A stretch of DNA of 64,000 nucleotides from an uncultured Dehalococcoidia bacterium. GTDB taxonomy: Bacteria > Chloroflexota > Dehalococcoidia > Lucifugimonadales > UBA1127. Positions 34,622 to 43,431 of the stretch are shown here, piece after piece; within the stretch, counting starts at the first letter, position 1, and each line of letters opens with the position of its first letter. The notes beneath the pieces were generated by a model. The model had not been told where the DNA came from. It made no database searches and saw only the letters and a program-made list of their open reading frames with translations. The stretch covers positions 971,008 to 1,035,007 of the forward strand of contig OX638292.1 of the NCBI GenBank assembly GCA_951812285.1. Direction: 5' to 3'. A program made the translations under genes and the position numbers.

Positions 34622-35809
34622 ATGACTATGCAACTGGTTGACGGCAGCTGGGGTAAGGAATTCACTAAGGCCCTTCAGGATGACTCCAGCGAACTTCGGA
34701 TAGTCTGCCCGTTTATAAAGGTGGGTGCTCTACAGAGACTACTGCGCCATCATCCAAGTAGAGTTCAGGTCATCACCCGATTCAATCTGGCTGACTTCGC
34801 TGAAGGGGTAAGCGATGTCGCCGCCTTGCGAAAGCTACTTGAAGGCGGTGCCAAGGTCCGCGGCATGCGAAACCTTCACGCCAAACTGTACCTTTTTGGC
34901 AAGAGTCGGGCGATCATCTCTTCGTGCAATCTCACCGAAGCTGCCCTTAGCCGGAACCATGAACTCGGAATGGTTATCCACGAGCGGGCAATCATCGAGA
35001 AGTGTCTCACCTATTTCGATAATATGTGGCACTCTGCCGGCAACGACCTGCTCTTTGAACAAGCTGATGCTTGGGACAAGACCGTCACAGATCATTGGTT
35101 ACGTGGTGGCCGCCCGAATGAGACAGGCGGCCTAGGGGACTTTGGTGTCGATTCCGGTATTGAGTATGCACCACTTGCGGGAGCGCCAATTGCTGTAGCC
35201 GATGCATCACAGGCATTCGTGAAACTCCTTGGTATGGGCGACAACCGTGTCCCGCTTTCGGTCTCCACGCTTGAGGAAGTAAAAGGAGGAGGCTCCCACT
35301 GGGCGGCCTGCTATCCTGCCAACAGGAGACCGAGAAGTGTGAAGGATGGCGCCGTTATCTTCATGGGGCGCCTTACCAGCGAACCCAATGACATCCGCGT
35401 ATTTGGTAGAGCGATCGGAATGGCGTACAGGCCGATAAGAGATGATGCGACACCGGCCGACATCGAACTGAGGCCCTGGAAGGAAAAGTGGTCAAGATAC
35501 ATCCGTGTCCACAACGCGGAATTCGTTGATGGCACGATTGCGAACGGCGTCTCGCTCAACGAATTAATGGATACACTTAAGGCCGATTCCTTTGCGTCTA
35601 CGCAGCGGAATGTCGTGCGTGGCGAAGGCAATACCAATCCCCGACATGCCTATCGCCAGCAGGCTGCGGTCGAGCTTTCTCCCGAAGGCCTCTCTTGGCT
35701 GGGCGACCGGCTTGAGGCAGCGTTCGAAGCTCGTGGTAAGGTGCCTAGGAACAGGCTCGAGGAACTGGACTGGCCAGATTCCTCGGTCGTCCCACTCTCA
35801 TCCCATTGA
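34622..35809 (+). CDS. PLD-family (single HKD) nuclease-like protein with a C-terminal PUA/EVE-like domain
   Basis: RNLHAKLYLFGKSRAIISSCNLT is an HxK...SxN motif. The C-terminal half (SVKDGAVIFMGRL...IRVFGRAIGMAY...WSRYIRVHNAEF...GVSLNELMDTL) resembles EVE/PUA-like readers. That second call is tentative. Confidence 0.65.
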   Translation: MTMQLVDGSWGKEFTKALQDDSSELRIVCPFIKVGALQRLLRHHPSRVQVITRFNLADFAEGVSDVAALRKLLEGGAKVRGMRNLHAKLYLFGKSRAIISSCNLTEAALSRNHELGMVIHERAIIEKCLTYFDNMWHSAGNDLLFEQADAWDKTVTDHWLRGGRPNETGGLGDFGVDSGIEYAPLAGAPIAVADASQAFVKLLGMGDNRVPLSVSTLEEVKGGGSHWAACYPANRRPRSVKDGAVIFMGRLTSEPNDIRVFGRAIGMAYRPIRDDATPADIELRPWKEKWSRYIRVHNAEFVDGTIANGVSLNELMDTLKADSFASTQRNVVRGEGNTNPRHAYRQQAAVELSPEGLSWLGDRLEAAFEARGKVPRNRLEELDWPDSSVVPLSSH

Positions 35810-36305
35810 TCCTACTCTCGCAGTCCAAGCGTAACCTTCGAAGTCAATCTAGGTCACCGGGAAGGAATCCCCCGTGTGATTGCTAACCAGAAGGGGGGGC
35901 GCTGCGCTACAGAAACGCCCAGGAGCCCATCAAAAGTCTCGCAGGACTGTGAATGTTGGCTCACAGGCTGCCAAGCCACAATTCGAAGATGGTTCTGTCT
36001 ATCGTCAAAATAGGCCCACCAACGTAGGCTCAACCCATTATTCGGGCCGCCCTAGGCCTCCCAAGCTCGAAAACAGTGCTAGCTTCCGTACACGTCGGCC
36101 CACTACTTTCCGCCCTTGGCGTGTCGTTAATTCCGCCAATCTGCACATTGGGCACAACTGTCTTTGAGGTGTGGCTGGGCAGACCATGAGCCGAAGCCGG
36201 CAATTCGATACCTCCGGCCGGCGACTACTCACTGTACCGGTGGGCAATTATCAATGTGTGGGTCTAGAAGAAACCGCTGTTGCTGCTCCACGGGTGGTCG
36301 GACGG

Positions 36306-37406
36306 TCAGTTGCCACCTGTGCTGAGTCCCTGCTCTTGGCGCGGACGTCTGATTCGGCCACTTTCTTGTCCTATTTTCCAGACCGTCACGCCGCCCCGGG
36401 CGTCGAGGGCGGCAAGTGCGCGCCCGTCAGGCCGCCAGTATAATTGGGCGACCGGGGCCCCAAGGTCCTCCGCCCCTACCGGTCTGCCCCTTCCAGTTAC
36501 CTTCAGCATCCACACAACCACTGCGCCATCGCGCCCCCCTGATGCCAGTCGCATCGCGCCGGGCGCGAAGGCGAGCGTCGAGATGGGTTGCTCATGAAAC
36601 GCCAGGACGCCGGGCCGCGTGCCTTCGGGGCCCTTTTTCCGAAAGCTCCAGACCGTCACGGACGCACCGCCCCCGGTGGCCAAAACGGTGCCGGAATCAT
36701 CAAAGGCCAGGGCCGACGGCTTGGCAGGATATCCCCACATCTCGGAGTCCTGCCCCGTGGAGCGGCGCCAGAAGTGCACCGAGTTGTCCTGGCTGCCGCA
36801 GGCCACGATGTCCCCGTCCGGGCTCAGGACCATCGACACCAAGGATCCCTGCCACTCCAGCGTCTGGCGAGCCTTGCCGGTGGCCGCGCCCAAGAAGGAC
36901 ACTCGACCGTAACAGGCCGTTGCCAGTTCCCCTCGACGTGACCAGGCTAAGGCGCTGACGGTGCTGGGATGATCATCAGACCGCCAGACCTCCGCGCCGT
37001 CCACGTCATACACACAAACCTGCCGGGAGCAGGAGGCCGCCAGTCTTTGGCCGTCCTGCGACCATGCTACTTTTTCCACCCAGCTGCTTCCGACGTCGAT
37101 AGCCCGGGTTACCTGGCCTTCGTCGGCATTCCAGAGCAAGACTCGTCCGTCCTGCCCGGCCGTAGCAATAACGCTTCCCTTTGGGTGGACTGCCACAGAG
37201 AGCACACCGCCGTCATGGACACCGCGCCGCTCCCAGGCGGTCTCGCCGGACTCGCCGTCAAAGGCGTAAACGCCACCCTCGGCATCGCCGACCACCAGCG
37301 CTTCACCGCCCCGGCTCCACCCCCCGGCCATGGCGTAGTCGCCAACCATCGCAGACCAGCCCTCGCCAAGAACTTCCATCGGGCTGCCGCCATTTAAGTC
37401 AGACAT
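36306..37406 (-). CDS. WD40 repeat protein
   Basis: Repeated ...DG.V.vW blades (DGRVLLWNADEG, DNSVHFWRRSTG, GASVTVWSFRK, DGAVVVWMLK, RGGVTVWKI). Start at 37406 has GGGAGGGG-N8-ATG and overlaps the upstream gene's end. Confidence 0.75.
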   Translation of the reverse strand: MSDLNGGSPMEVLGEGWSAMVGDYAMAGGWSRGGEALVVGDAEGGVYAFDGESGETAWERRGVHDGGVLSVAVHPKGSVIATAGQDGRVLLWNADEGQVTRAIDVGSSWVEKVAWSQDGQRLAASCSRQVCVYDVDGAEVWRSDDHPSTVSALAWSRRGELATACYGRVSFLGAATGKARQTLEWQGSLVSMVLSPDGDIVACGSQDNSVHFWRRSTGQDSEMWGYPAKPSALAFDDSGTVLATGGGASVTVWSFRKKGPEGTRPGVLAFHEQPISTLAFAPGAMRLASGGRDGAVVVWMLKVTGRGRPVGAEDLGAPVAQLYWRPDGRALAALDARGGVTVWKIGQESGRIRRPRQEQGLSTGGN

Positions 37407-38740
37407 GCTTCGAACCCCTCCCGCATACTCTGTCCATCGAGGTTTCGGCCAATGAAGACGAGCTGATTGCGGCGGGGAGCATCCCCCCATTCGCGTTCCG
37501 GCTGGCTGTCAACGAGCATGTGAACTCCCTGGAAGACGAAGCGACGCGACTGACCGGCAATACTTATGAAGCCCTTCATTCGGAAAATGTCCACTCCGCG
37601 CTCCCTGAGCAGTTGGCCGATCCAGGCGTTGAGCTTTTCGGGGTCGGCGTCGCCGTCCCTCTCGATCGCGACCGAGCCCACCGTGTCGTCGTGCTCGTGC
37701 TGTGCGACCCAGGTTCGCTCGACTTCGGCGGGGACCACTACTCCATCCGCGTTCCTCAGTTGGAAATCGAACTCCTCAGAGAGATGCTGGGTGTAGAGGC
37801 CGACCTGCACATGGGCTTCGAAATCCAGGAAGAACGACTTGCGTCCTGGGGAAGCGAGCTGGAGGTTCACATGCCTTCCGACAGGAATTTCTCCCCCCGG
37901 GTGGATGATTTCCGCCGGTTCAGCGTACTGCCGGACACACCACTCCGCGCTAACACGCAGGGCGGCGTCATCAGCGCCCTGGTCGGGCACGACGATCAGC
38001 GACATCGTCGGATCAGGTCCGTCGATGAGGCTGAATTCGTACCGGCCGGCATCGAGCGAATAGACCCCCGTCCATTCGAAGGGATACTCCGGCTCGAGGA
38101 AGGTGGGACGACGCTCGAGCACCTCGTCCAGGTTGAAGGCGCCGAGGTCGAGTACAGTCTCTACCGGTACGTTCGCTCGCTCGCTGCGCACGACTCGCGC
38201 CATCCGGTTCATGCCCCGGAGCCGAGCCTCCAGGCCGTCAAGGGCCTCGCCGTTGACGAGGTCGGTCTTGTTGAGGACCAAGACGTCTGCGAACGCGATC
38301 TGCTCCGTGCTCTCGTCGCTTCTGCCCAGCTGCTGCTCAATGTGGGCCGCGTCAACCAGCGAGACGATCCCGTCAAGGGCGTATTCAGCACGAAGCTCTT
38401 CGTCCATGAAGAACGTTTGGGCGACCGGACCGGGATCGGCGAGCCCCGTGGTTTCCACCAACACATAGTCGAACTTGTCGCGGCGCTTGCTGAGATTGTT
38501 GAGCACCCGAATCAGGTCTCCCCGCACCGTGCAGCAGATGCAGCCGTTCGACATCTCGAAGACCTCCTCGTCAGCGTTGATGACGAGGGCCTGATCGATG
38601 CCGACCTCCCCATACTCGTTTTCGATCACGGCAATGCGCTTGCCGTGCTCCTCAGTCAGGATCCGGTTGAGCAGCGTCGTCTTGCCAGAGCCGAGAAAGC
38701 CGGTGAGGATAGTAACAGGTACCCTTTGCTGCGTGTTCAT
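37394..38740 (-). CDS. COG0523/CobW-family G3E GTPase (putative metal chaperone)
   Basis: Walker A GFLGSGKTTLLN, metal motif CICCTVRGDL, and a CobW C-terminal-like end. Confidence 0.85.
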   Translation of the reverse strand: MNTQQRVPVTILTGFLGSGKTTLLNRILTEEHGKRIAVIENEYGEVGIDQALVINADEEVFEMSNGCICCTVRGDLIRVLNNLSKRRDKFDYVLVETTGLADPGPVAQTFFMDEELRAEYALDGIVSLVDAAHIEQQLGRSDESTEQIAFADVLVLNKTDLVNGEALDGLEARLRGMNRMARVVRSERANVPVETVLDLGAFNLDEVLERRPTFLEPEYPFEWTGVYSLDAGRYEFSLIDGPDPTMSLIVVPDQGADDAALRVSAEWCVRQYAEPAEIIHPGGEIPVGRHVNLQLASPGRKSFFLDFEAHVQVGLYTQHLSEEFDFQLRNADGVVVPAEVERTWVAQHEHDDTVGSVAIERDGDADPEKLNAWIGQLLRERGVDIFRMKGFISIAGQSRRFVFQGVHMLVDSQPEREWGDAPRRNQLVFIGRNLDGQSMREGFEACLT

Positions 38741-38761
38741 ATGAAATCTCCTTTTAGACTG

Positions 38762-38782
38762 TAATAAGACTAAGTATCATTA
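38762..38782. promoter_or_regulatory. AT-rich 21-bp imperfect palindrome, candidate Zur/Fur-type operator
   Basis: TAATAAGACTAAGTATCATTA has 8 of 10 symmetric pairs and lies 22 nt upstream of the COG0523 start codon. Confidence 0.3.
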
Positions 38783-39249
38783 AGAAATGCCCATCCTCCT
38801 GCGACTAGGAAGAGGAGTTTGTTGGCTTAATTGAGACAAAGTACCAACTAAAAACATACACTGGCGACGCTGTCATTGTCAACCAGGAGAACTGGAGGTG
38901 TGTTTAGTGTTAGTTCAATTCGAGGCTGAGGTAGACCAGGGCAATGAAGCAAGTGAGCATGGCAATGCTCTTACTGTGCTGGGCATCATGGAGGTGGCCG
39001 TCGGAGAGGCCCCGTCGGTAGACGATGGATAGCGCTCGGTCATGGTCGGACGCCATCGTTCCCTACAGTAGGACCTCCCCCCGAAAAGTTCGCAAATCGG
39101 TACGCCTTGGCCCACCAAATTGCGTCACTCCTCAAATCCATGATCATTGATGCCGAGGGCACTTTCGCGGCGGTAAAGGTCGAGAGACGCTCACTCGGCG
39201 CTCGATGGCTCTCTTGTCTGCACTCTGGCGGAAAGGCGGAGTTGTGCTG

Positions 39250-39636
39250 CTACTCGCTCACTGACTCGGGCCGGGCGCCCTCCAGGTATTGGGTGTGTTC
39301 TGCCGAGTAGGGATCCAGGCTGGGGAAGAATACCAACAGATGAGCCGTGTCTTCGCCTGTCACCTGGAACGCGTGCTCGGCGCCTGGCGGAATGACGACC
39401 GTGTGGTCGGGGCCGACGGTGTGGGAGTGGCCGTCGAGGCTCACCTCAAGCGTTCCTTCCAGCACAACAATGAGTTCGTCCATAGAGTGGGTGTGGAGGG
39501 GAGCTCCGGCGCCGGGCTCGGCGGTGTTGATGCTGAGGGTGCTGCTCACCCCCTGCTCGTGGCCTGCAATGTCCCATTTTCGGTAGCCGGGTCGCCAGGG
39601 GACCTCGGGCGTTTCGGAATGGTCGACTATGGGCAT
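39250..39636 (-). CDS. Cupin-domain protein
   Basis: PLHTHSMDELIVVLEGTLEV...PPGAEHAF. Confidence 0.75.
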   Translation of the reverse strand: MPIVDHSETPEVPWRPGYRKWDIAGHEQGVSSTLSINTAEPGAGAPLHTHSMDELIVVLEGTLEVSLDGHSHTVGPDHTVVIPPGAEHAFQVTGEDTAHLLVFFPSLDPYSAEHTQYLEGARPESVSE

Positions 39637-39795
39637 GGTGTCCTCCCTTGGCCGAAGCTCTCGTGCCTTCGGCTTTGGTCCAATAGGTATCGAGAGCTAT
39701 TGTAGCGAGTATCCCGGCGGACGCCAGCGTGTAGTGCGAGGTAGGCTCGTTTCCATGCTAGACTCTCCCGAAACCTGTCACGCCGGGAGGCATGA

Positions 39796-40302
39796 ATGAC
39801 TACACAAGATACGGACCGCTTTTTCCGCTCTTTCACGATTGAGGGCGATGCAATGACACTGGGCGGCATGAAGAAGCAGGCCGAGACCCGCGGCTTCACC
39901 ATCATGTGCGACGAAGGGCCGCCTCTTGGTGACAACACAGCGCCCTCACCGATGACGTACTTTGCGGTTGCGGTCCTGTTCTGAGAGATGACCCAGATTG
40001 AGCGGTACGCTCAGATGATGAAGGTCGACATGGGGCATGTCAGGGCGAAAATCGGCTACTCGGTAACCGCTGAGGGCTCCGTACTTGCCCAGACCATCCG
40101 GGCCAGGGCTGACAAGATCGTCATCCACTACGAACTGGAGTCCGACGAGAGCCCGGAGCGCGTGGCCGGTCTGATGTGCAACGCCCGCAATGGGTGCTTC
40201 GCTCGACAGTCCATCGGCCGGCCGGAGCTCTTCGAAGATTCGATCAACTTGAACGGCGAACCCTTCGATATGGACGATTACCCTCCGCCTGCAAGCGCGT
40301 GA
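39796..40302 (+). CDS. OsmC/Ohr-family protein interrupted by one in-frame TGA (39982-39984): selenocysteine candidate or pseudogene
   Basis: The two track ORFs (62 and 104 aa) are in the same frame, separated by TGA-GAG. FTIMCDEGPPLGDNTAPSPMTYFAVAVLF[TGA]EMT... places the TGA where the family has its first conserved Cys. The second Cys is present (ARNGCFARQS). Confidence 0.55.
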
Positions 40303-40390
40303 CCAAATTGGGCAGCATAACGTCGATGTCCAGTTCGCGACGTTTCCCGGTCCCGCCTGCAGTTGCCGTTGACGCACCCTTGGCATAAGG

Positions 40391-41740
40391 TTGCCGTGCC
40401 CGGTAACCAAAGGGGGTGATTTGGAAACTGCAGCGCCCGAGCAGGGGTCCCGCCGGCCGCGTTTCTACTACGGATGGGTGATCGTTGCCATTGCCATCGT
40501 GGGCGGTGCGTTCACCAGCGGAACGGGCGTGTGGGGCGCGAGTGTCTTCGTGACACACATGGGCGAAGACCTTGGATGGTCGCGGTCCGCGTTCTACGGG
40601 GCCTTTACTGTGCGCGCGCTCGCTGCCGGCATGCTGGCCCCAATCCTCGGGCCACTGCAGGACAGGCGGATGGGCCCGCAATTCCTGATGCTCATGAGCG
40701 CCGTTGCGCTCGGCACGGCCCTCGTCAGTATGAAGTACGTCAACGACCTTTGGGTGTTCTACCTCATCTTCGGCGGGCTGGGCGCGTTGTCCATGTCGTC
40801 GCTCAGCGAGATGCTGACGGTGGCAGTGGTGCCAAAGTGGTTCGTGCGGCGGCGCGGGCGAGCCCTCGGCATCGCGTCGACGGGCACGGCCATGGGCCCG
40901 CTGTTTTTCCCAATCACCGTAACTGCCATAGTCGAGGCCGTGGGCTGGCGCGACGGATGGCTGATCATGGGACTCGCTGTGTTCTGCGTGCTGGTCCCGC
41001 TGTCGTTCCTCATTCGGACGCGGCCCGAGGACGTGGGGCTTCTTCCGGACGGCGACGATCCGTCGACACGGCCCGTGACCAGAACTGCAGCGAACGCTAC
41101 GACGGCGTCGCAGCCATCGGCCGCAGCCGCGGAGGTGAGCTACAGCCGGGGCGAGGCGACTCGCACGATGACCTTCTGGCTGCTGGCGCTGGCCTTCGCC
41201 ATGGCAACGCTCTGCATGGGCGGGTTCTTCGCGAACTGGCTGCCCTACTTCCAGGACATCGGCTTTACGGCTGCGGTGGGGTCGCTGGCGGCAGTGGCCT
41301 ATGGTGTCTGCTCCATCAGCGTGAGGCTCTTCTGGGGCATCCTCAGCGAGCGGTTCTCGGTCCGCTACCTGTTGATGGCACAGGCGCTGGTGACCGCGGC
41401 CAGCGTAGTCTTCTTCATGCAGATTTCCGGGCCAATCTCACTGGTGCTGGCCGGCGGGTTCCACGGTTTGGCAGTGGGCGGGTTCTTCATCATGCGGCCA
41501 ATGATCGTCGCGAACTACTTCGGGCGGCAGCACATCGGCGCGGTCAACAGCATCATCAGGCCGATTACGACGGTTAGCGGCTCGATGAGCCCGGTGCTCA
41601 TCGCGGGGCTGTACGACATTCGGGGCTCATACATGCTGGCGTTTTCTGCGATCGTGGCTGCGTGGTTGTGCGTGGCGAGCATCGTCAGCTTCGCCCGGCC
41701 GCCGTCCCGGCAGCGTGCGGCTGTTGCGCCGCCGACGTAG
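40391..41740 (+). CDS. MFS transporter
   Basis: About 12 hydrophobic segments with a central hydrophilic loop. Start is uncertain (in-frame TTG at 40421 is an alternative). Confidence 0.8.
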   Translation: MPCPVTKGGDLETAAPEQGSRRPRFYYGWVIVAIAIVGGAFTSGTGVWGASVFVTHMGEDLGWSRSAFYGAFTVRALAAGMLAPILGPLQDRRMGPQFLMLMSAVALGTALVSMKYVNDLWVFYLIFGGLGALSMSSLSEMLTVAVVPKWFVRRRGRALGIASTGTAMGPLFFPITVTAIVEAVGWRDGWLIMGLAVFCVLVPLSFLIRTRPEDVGLLPDGDDPSTRPVTRTAANATTASQPSAAAAEVSYSRGEATRTMTFWLLALAFAMATLCMGGFFANWLPYFQDIGFTAAVGSLAAVAYGVCSISVRLFWGILSERFSVRYLLMAQALVTAASVVFFMQISGPISLVLAGGFHGLAVGGFFIMRPMIVANYFGRQHIGAVNSIIRPITTVSGSMSPVLIAGLYDIRGSYMLAFSAIVAAWLCVASIVSFARPPSRQRAAVAPPT

Positions 41741-41750
41741 ACCGCACGGT

Positions 41751-42668
41751 CTACCGCATGGGCCCGCCGAACCGCGGCGCCCGTTGGCCAAGCTCCCCTG
41801 ACTCCAGCTTCTGTGTCATCTCCGGGTTGCCGATGGGGTCTGGCGCGAGCCATGCGTTGGGCCCGCCGAAGCCGTGCTCCAGGTTCCACGTCACTGCGGT
41901 AAACATCTTGCCCGTCAGCCCCTCACTGGCGTCCTGCGTCGCGAGGAACCGGGTCACGGGCACCACCGTGTCGGCGCGGCTGGAGAGCGAGGTGGGCCGC
42001 ATTCCCTTCGCCACGCGCTCGGCTGAGCGGTCGTCGAACCCGGTGGTGCGTGCGCCGGGCGGGAAGACGACGTTGACGGCGATGTTGTGTTGGCGGACCT
42101 CGTCGGCCAGGTAGTGCGACATGTTGGTCATGGCGGCTTTCGAAGCCATGTAAGGCTGCTCGCGGCTCCAAGGCCGCCACAGCTCGTGCGATGGGATGCT
42201 GCCGGTGGTGGAGACGTTCACAATGCTGCCCCACTGTTTCTCGATCATCGGGCGGATGAAGCGGCGGATGACCTTTACTGCGCCTATGACGTTGGTCGCG
42301 AAGGCGCGCTCCCAGTCGGCGTCCTGAGTCTCCAGGATGGTGATACCGAGGGCGCCCTCATGTTGCTGGTCGCGGGTGCGGAACGCGGCGTTGTTGATGA
42401 GGACGTCCACTGTGCCAAAGCGGTCAATGACGGCGGCGTAGGCGTCGTCCACGCTTTGGTCATTCGCGACGTCGCAGGTCAGCGTGAGGGCGAGCTCGTT
42501 GGCGTCAAGCTCTTCGCGGAAGGCCTCTTCGCCCTCCCACGAGCGCTCCAGCGCCGCCACGCGCGCGCCCTCCTCGAGGAAGGCTTGCGTGTACTCCGCT
42601 CCCATGCCCCGTCCCGCGCCGGTGATTACCACAACCAGGTCCCGCAGATCTCGCGCCGCCATACGCAT
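41751..42668 (-). CDS. Short-chain dehydrogenase/reductase
   Basis: VVITGAGRGMG (TGxxxGxG) and YMASKAA (YxxxK). Confidence 0.85.
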   Translation of the reverse strand: MRMAARDLRDLVVVITGAGRGMGAEYTQAFLEEGARVAALERSWEGEEAFREELDANELALTLTCDVANDQSVDDAYAAVIDRFGTVDVLINNAAFRTRDQQHEGALGITILETQDADWERAFATNVIGAVKVIRRFIRPMIEKQWGSIVNVSTTGSIPSHELWRPWSREQPYMASKAAMTNMSHYLADEVRQHNIAVNVVFPPGARTTGFDDRSAERVAKGMRPTSLSSRADTVVPVTRFLATQDASEGLTGKMFTAVTWNLEHGFGGPNAWLAPDPIGNPEMTQKLESGELGQRAPRFGGPMR

Positions 42669-42745
42669 CCTCCTCGCCTCTGGCAGATGGCGTGATGGTA
42701 CTCGAAACGGGACACGGTCACCAGTTTCGATGCAACGGGTGTGCG

Positions 42746-43417
42746 TTAGTTGGAGAAGGTGTTGTCCAGCAGGCCGTTACGCACCGCCCAGAGCACCATC
42801 TGTTGCTTGGATTTGATGCCGAGCTTCACCTGAATGCGGTAAACGGTGTTGCGGATGGTGAGCGGCCGGTTGCCCCTGACGCCGGCGATCTCCGCGTAGG
42901 ACATCCCCTGCGCGAATAGCGTGAGGATTTCCCGCTCGCCAAGGGTGAGCCTGGACGCGTCCCGGGACCTGCTCTGGTGGGCCTTGGCGCGAATTCCCGC
43001 AAAGACCTGGCTGGTCAGCTGACTTGGGATGTAATACTCGCCACGCGCAACACTGCGAAGCGTTGAGAGCAGGTGATCCCGGCCGGTGTACTTCTGCAGG
43101 TAGCCGGTGGCGCCGGCGGCCACGGCGTCGATGACCGCGTCGGTCTCCGTGGCGGCCGTCAGCACGAGCACGCGAGTCTCCGGCAGCGCCTCCATGATCT
43201 CCCGGCATGCGTCAATGCCATCCTTGCCGGGCATGAAGACGTCCATGATGACAATATCCGGCTCCACCTCACGGGCTATCCGCACCGCCTGCTCACCGTC
43301 GGCAGCGTGCGCGACAACCTCGAAGTCGTCTTCCTGACCTATAATGGCCACCAATCCGTCCCGCATGACCTCGTGGTCGTCAACGAGCATGACCCTTGTC
43401 CGTGAAACCGTCGTCAT
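42746..43417 (-). CDS. NarL/LuxR-family response regulator
   Basis: RVMLVDDHEVMRDGL...IVIMDVFMPGKDG, plus C-terminal LTLGEREILTLFAQGMSYAEIA. Start set at MTTVSRTRV (ATG 43417). Confidence 0.85.
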   Translation of the reverse strand: MTTVSRTRVMLVDDHEVMRDGLVAIIGQEDDFEVVAHAADGEQAVRIAREVEPDIVIMDVFMPGKDGIDACREIMEALPETRVLVLTAATETDAVIDAVAAGATGYLQKYTGRDHLLSTLRSVARGEYYIPSQLTSQVFAGIRAKAHQSRSRDASRLTLGEREILTLFAQGMSYAEIAGVRGNRPLTIRNTVYRIQVKLGIKSKQQMVLWAVRNGLLDNTFSN

Positions 43418-43431
43418 CTGTGAATCCTCCC

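Larger units (their letters stand above)
32123..36305. other. Lower-GC genomic island (three orphan genes plus a displaced regulator 3' end); no integrase present
   Basis: A visible drop in GC begins right after the kinase stop codon and ends at the WD40 gene. A ~100-bp copy of the regulator C-terminal coding sequence lies at 34470-34572. Confidence 0.55.

Noticed and set aside
38910-39056. 48-codon minus-strand ORF (MASDHDRALSIVYRRGLSDGHLHDAQHSKSIAMLTCFIALVYLSLELN) between the COG0523 and cupin genes
   Set aside because: It has a hydrophobic tail but only a weak RBS and no recognisable family. That is too little evidence to report as a feature.
39796-40302. Annotating 39796-39984 and 39988-40302 as two independent small genes
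   Set aside because: They share a frame, are separated by a single TGA plus one codon, and together reconstruct one OsmC-family domain. The second ORF has no RBS of its own.
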